A program made the position numbers and the translations under genes. The notes under the pieces were generated by a model. That model made no database searches, was not told where the DNA came from, and saw only the letters and a list, made by a program, of their open reading frames with translations. A DNA stretch of 27,476 nt from Candidatus Thorarchaeota archaeon (GTDB lineage: Archaea; Asgardarchaeota; Thorarchaeia; Thorarchaeales; Thorarchaeaceae), in assembly GCA_048882045.1 (NCBI GenBank), contig JBHLRZ010000038.1:1-27476 (forward strand), written 5' to 3'. Shown one piece after another: positions 26,334 to 27,476 of this stretch (positions within the stretch are counted from its first letter, which is position 1; each line of letters starts with the position of its first letter).

Positions 26334-27476
26334 ATGGTTGACGACATCAAACGTGAGAAGATGCTTGCAATCTATGCATTTCTTATTACTGACTTCATTC
26401 AGATTCTATTTGTGTCAATTCTCTATCTGGATGACACAACTCCATTTGTTGTTGGAATTGATTTTTCGAGGTCCAATCCTCTGACTTCAGTTTCACTATT
26501 CTTTGCTATAGTGACGATGCAGGTCATTATGATTTACATCATTGCTTACCAAACTCTGAGGAAGACTGACCTCATAGAGCTATTACCTCAATACGATAAG
26601 AGCACTAAATGGAAGTGTCGCTATTCACGGGATGAAATTGTAGAATGGACTCAGACTCTTGCAAAGAAAAGTGGTGTATCTGTTCGAAAGATCTACATGA
26701 TGGATTCACCACTTCCCAATGCTTTTACTTTCAGTCTTCCTTTCATTGGCTCTGTTGTGGTTGTTCATAGCAATACGCTCGAGGTCCTAAATGCGGAAGA
26801 AGTCCAAGCCATAATCACACATGAACTGGGCCATATTAAGAATCGAGATTCACTTGTTGCTATATTCACACGAATGCCATCCTTCTTTGTAGATCTAATC
26901 TATATCTATGTCTACATCAGGTTAATTCTCGCTCTCCTGACTTCAGCTCTCATAGGAGATTTCTACCTCGCTGGTATTCGGGTCGTCGGATTGGTCGCAT
27001 TCTTCCTGCTATCCAGAATCTTTGCAGCACTGTCTAAATTCTTCATGCAGAAGGGATCTCGGGCTGCCGAGCTTTTGGGCGACTACCATGCTGCATCGGT
27101 CCTTGGACACGAGGCAACAATCAATTCGTTGATTCGTCTAGGTCAGAGAGTCGAAGCAATCACTGCTCTCTTCGAGGAAATAACCTGGTTAGAGTCACTG
27201 AATCCAGAAAGAACTGGTCCAATCACTAGAAGTGAATTGTTGAGGATGATAACTCAGTATCCTCTAAATGCTATAGACGAAGTCAATGCGCGTGAAGTAG
27301 CTCCCGACGTTTTCCTCTCAACTAGGCTAAAGCAAATGCGCGAAGTCTATGGTGTTGACCTGTCTGACGATCAAATTGAGAAAGCTGTTCAACCTGCTGT
27401 TGCTTCCCTTCATGAAAAGAGGGTTGAGGGAAAGGACGAATCAGAACCATTGAAGATGACTCAGACTATTGACTGG
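26334..27476 (+). CDS. M48 family (HtpX/Ste24-like) membrane zinc metalloprotease, 3'-truncated; absent from the ORF track
   Basis: Manual translation from ATG 26334 is open to the window end (381 codons). Two N-terminal TM helices, PNAFTF, EEVQAIITHELGHIKNRD (26820-26834 = HELGH), two further TMs, SRAAELLGD. Confidence 0.9.
   Translation, partial: MVDDIKREKMLAIYAFLITDFIQILFVSILYLDDTTPFVVGIDFSRSNPLTSVSLFFAIVTMQVIMIYIIAYQTLRKTDLIELLPQYDKSTKWKCRYSRDEIVEWTQTLAKKSGVSVRKIYMMDSPLPNAFTFSLPFIGSVVVVHSNTLEVLNAEEVQAIITHELGHIKNRDSLVAIFTRMPSFFVDLIYIYVYIRLILALLTSALIGDFYLAGIRVVGLVAFFLLSRIFAALSKFFMQKGSRAAELLGDYHAASVLGHEATINSLIRLGQRVEAITALFEEITWLESLNPERTGPITRSELLRMITQYPLNAIDEVNAREVAPDVFLSTRLKQMREVYGVDLSDDQIEKAVQPAVASLHEKRVEGKDESEPLKMTQTIDW

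Noticed and set aside
26167-26484. 105-aa plus-strand ORF from the track
   Set aside because: Overlaps the tldD start and is out of frame with the real M48 gene starting at 26334.

Overview
Gene-dense archaeal-style window, most likely from an Asgard archaeon such as Thorarchaeota. That assignment is inference, from a Rab-like small GTPase, C-terminally anchored N-glycosylation-rich surface proteins, GGAGGTGA-type Shine-Dalgarno (SD) motifs with TATA-like promoters, and frequent TTG starts. The window is dominated by peptide uptake and proteolysis: two distinct Dpp/Opp ABC operons, an M20 peptidase, a TldD-PmbA pair and a truncated M48 membrane protease. It also carries a tandem pair of signal-less DUF4140/DUF4139 paralogs downstream of an orphan membrane histidine kinase, a small coiled-coil protein, an anchored DOMON/CBM9-like surface protein, and a thioredoxin-like / acidic-tailed polytopic membrane protein / rubredoxin run. 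No rRNA, tRNA, CRISPR array or mobile element was recognised. The best leads are the charge-complementary DUF4139 pair, both DppC permeases carrying large extra membrane domains, and a kink-turn-like hairpin between dppA and dppB of operon 2. Family calls come from motif recognition by eye; no database search was run.
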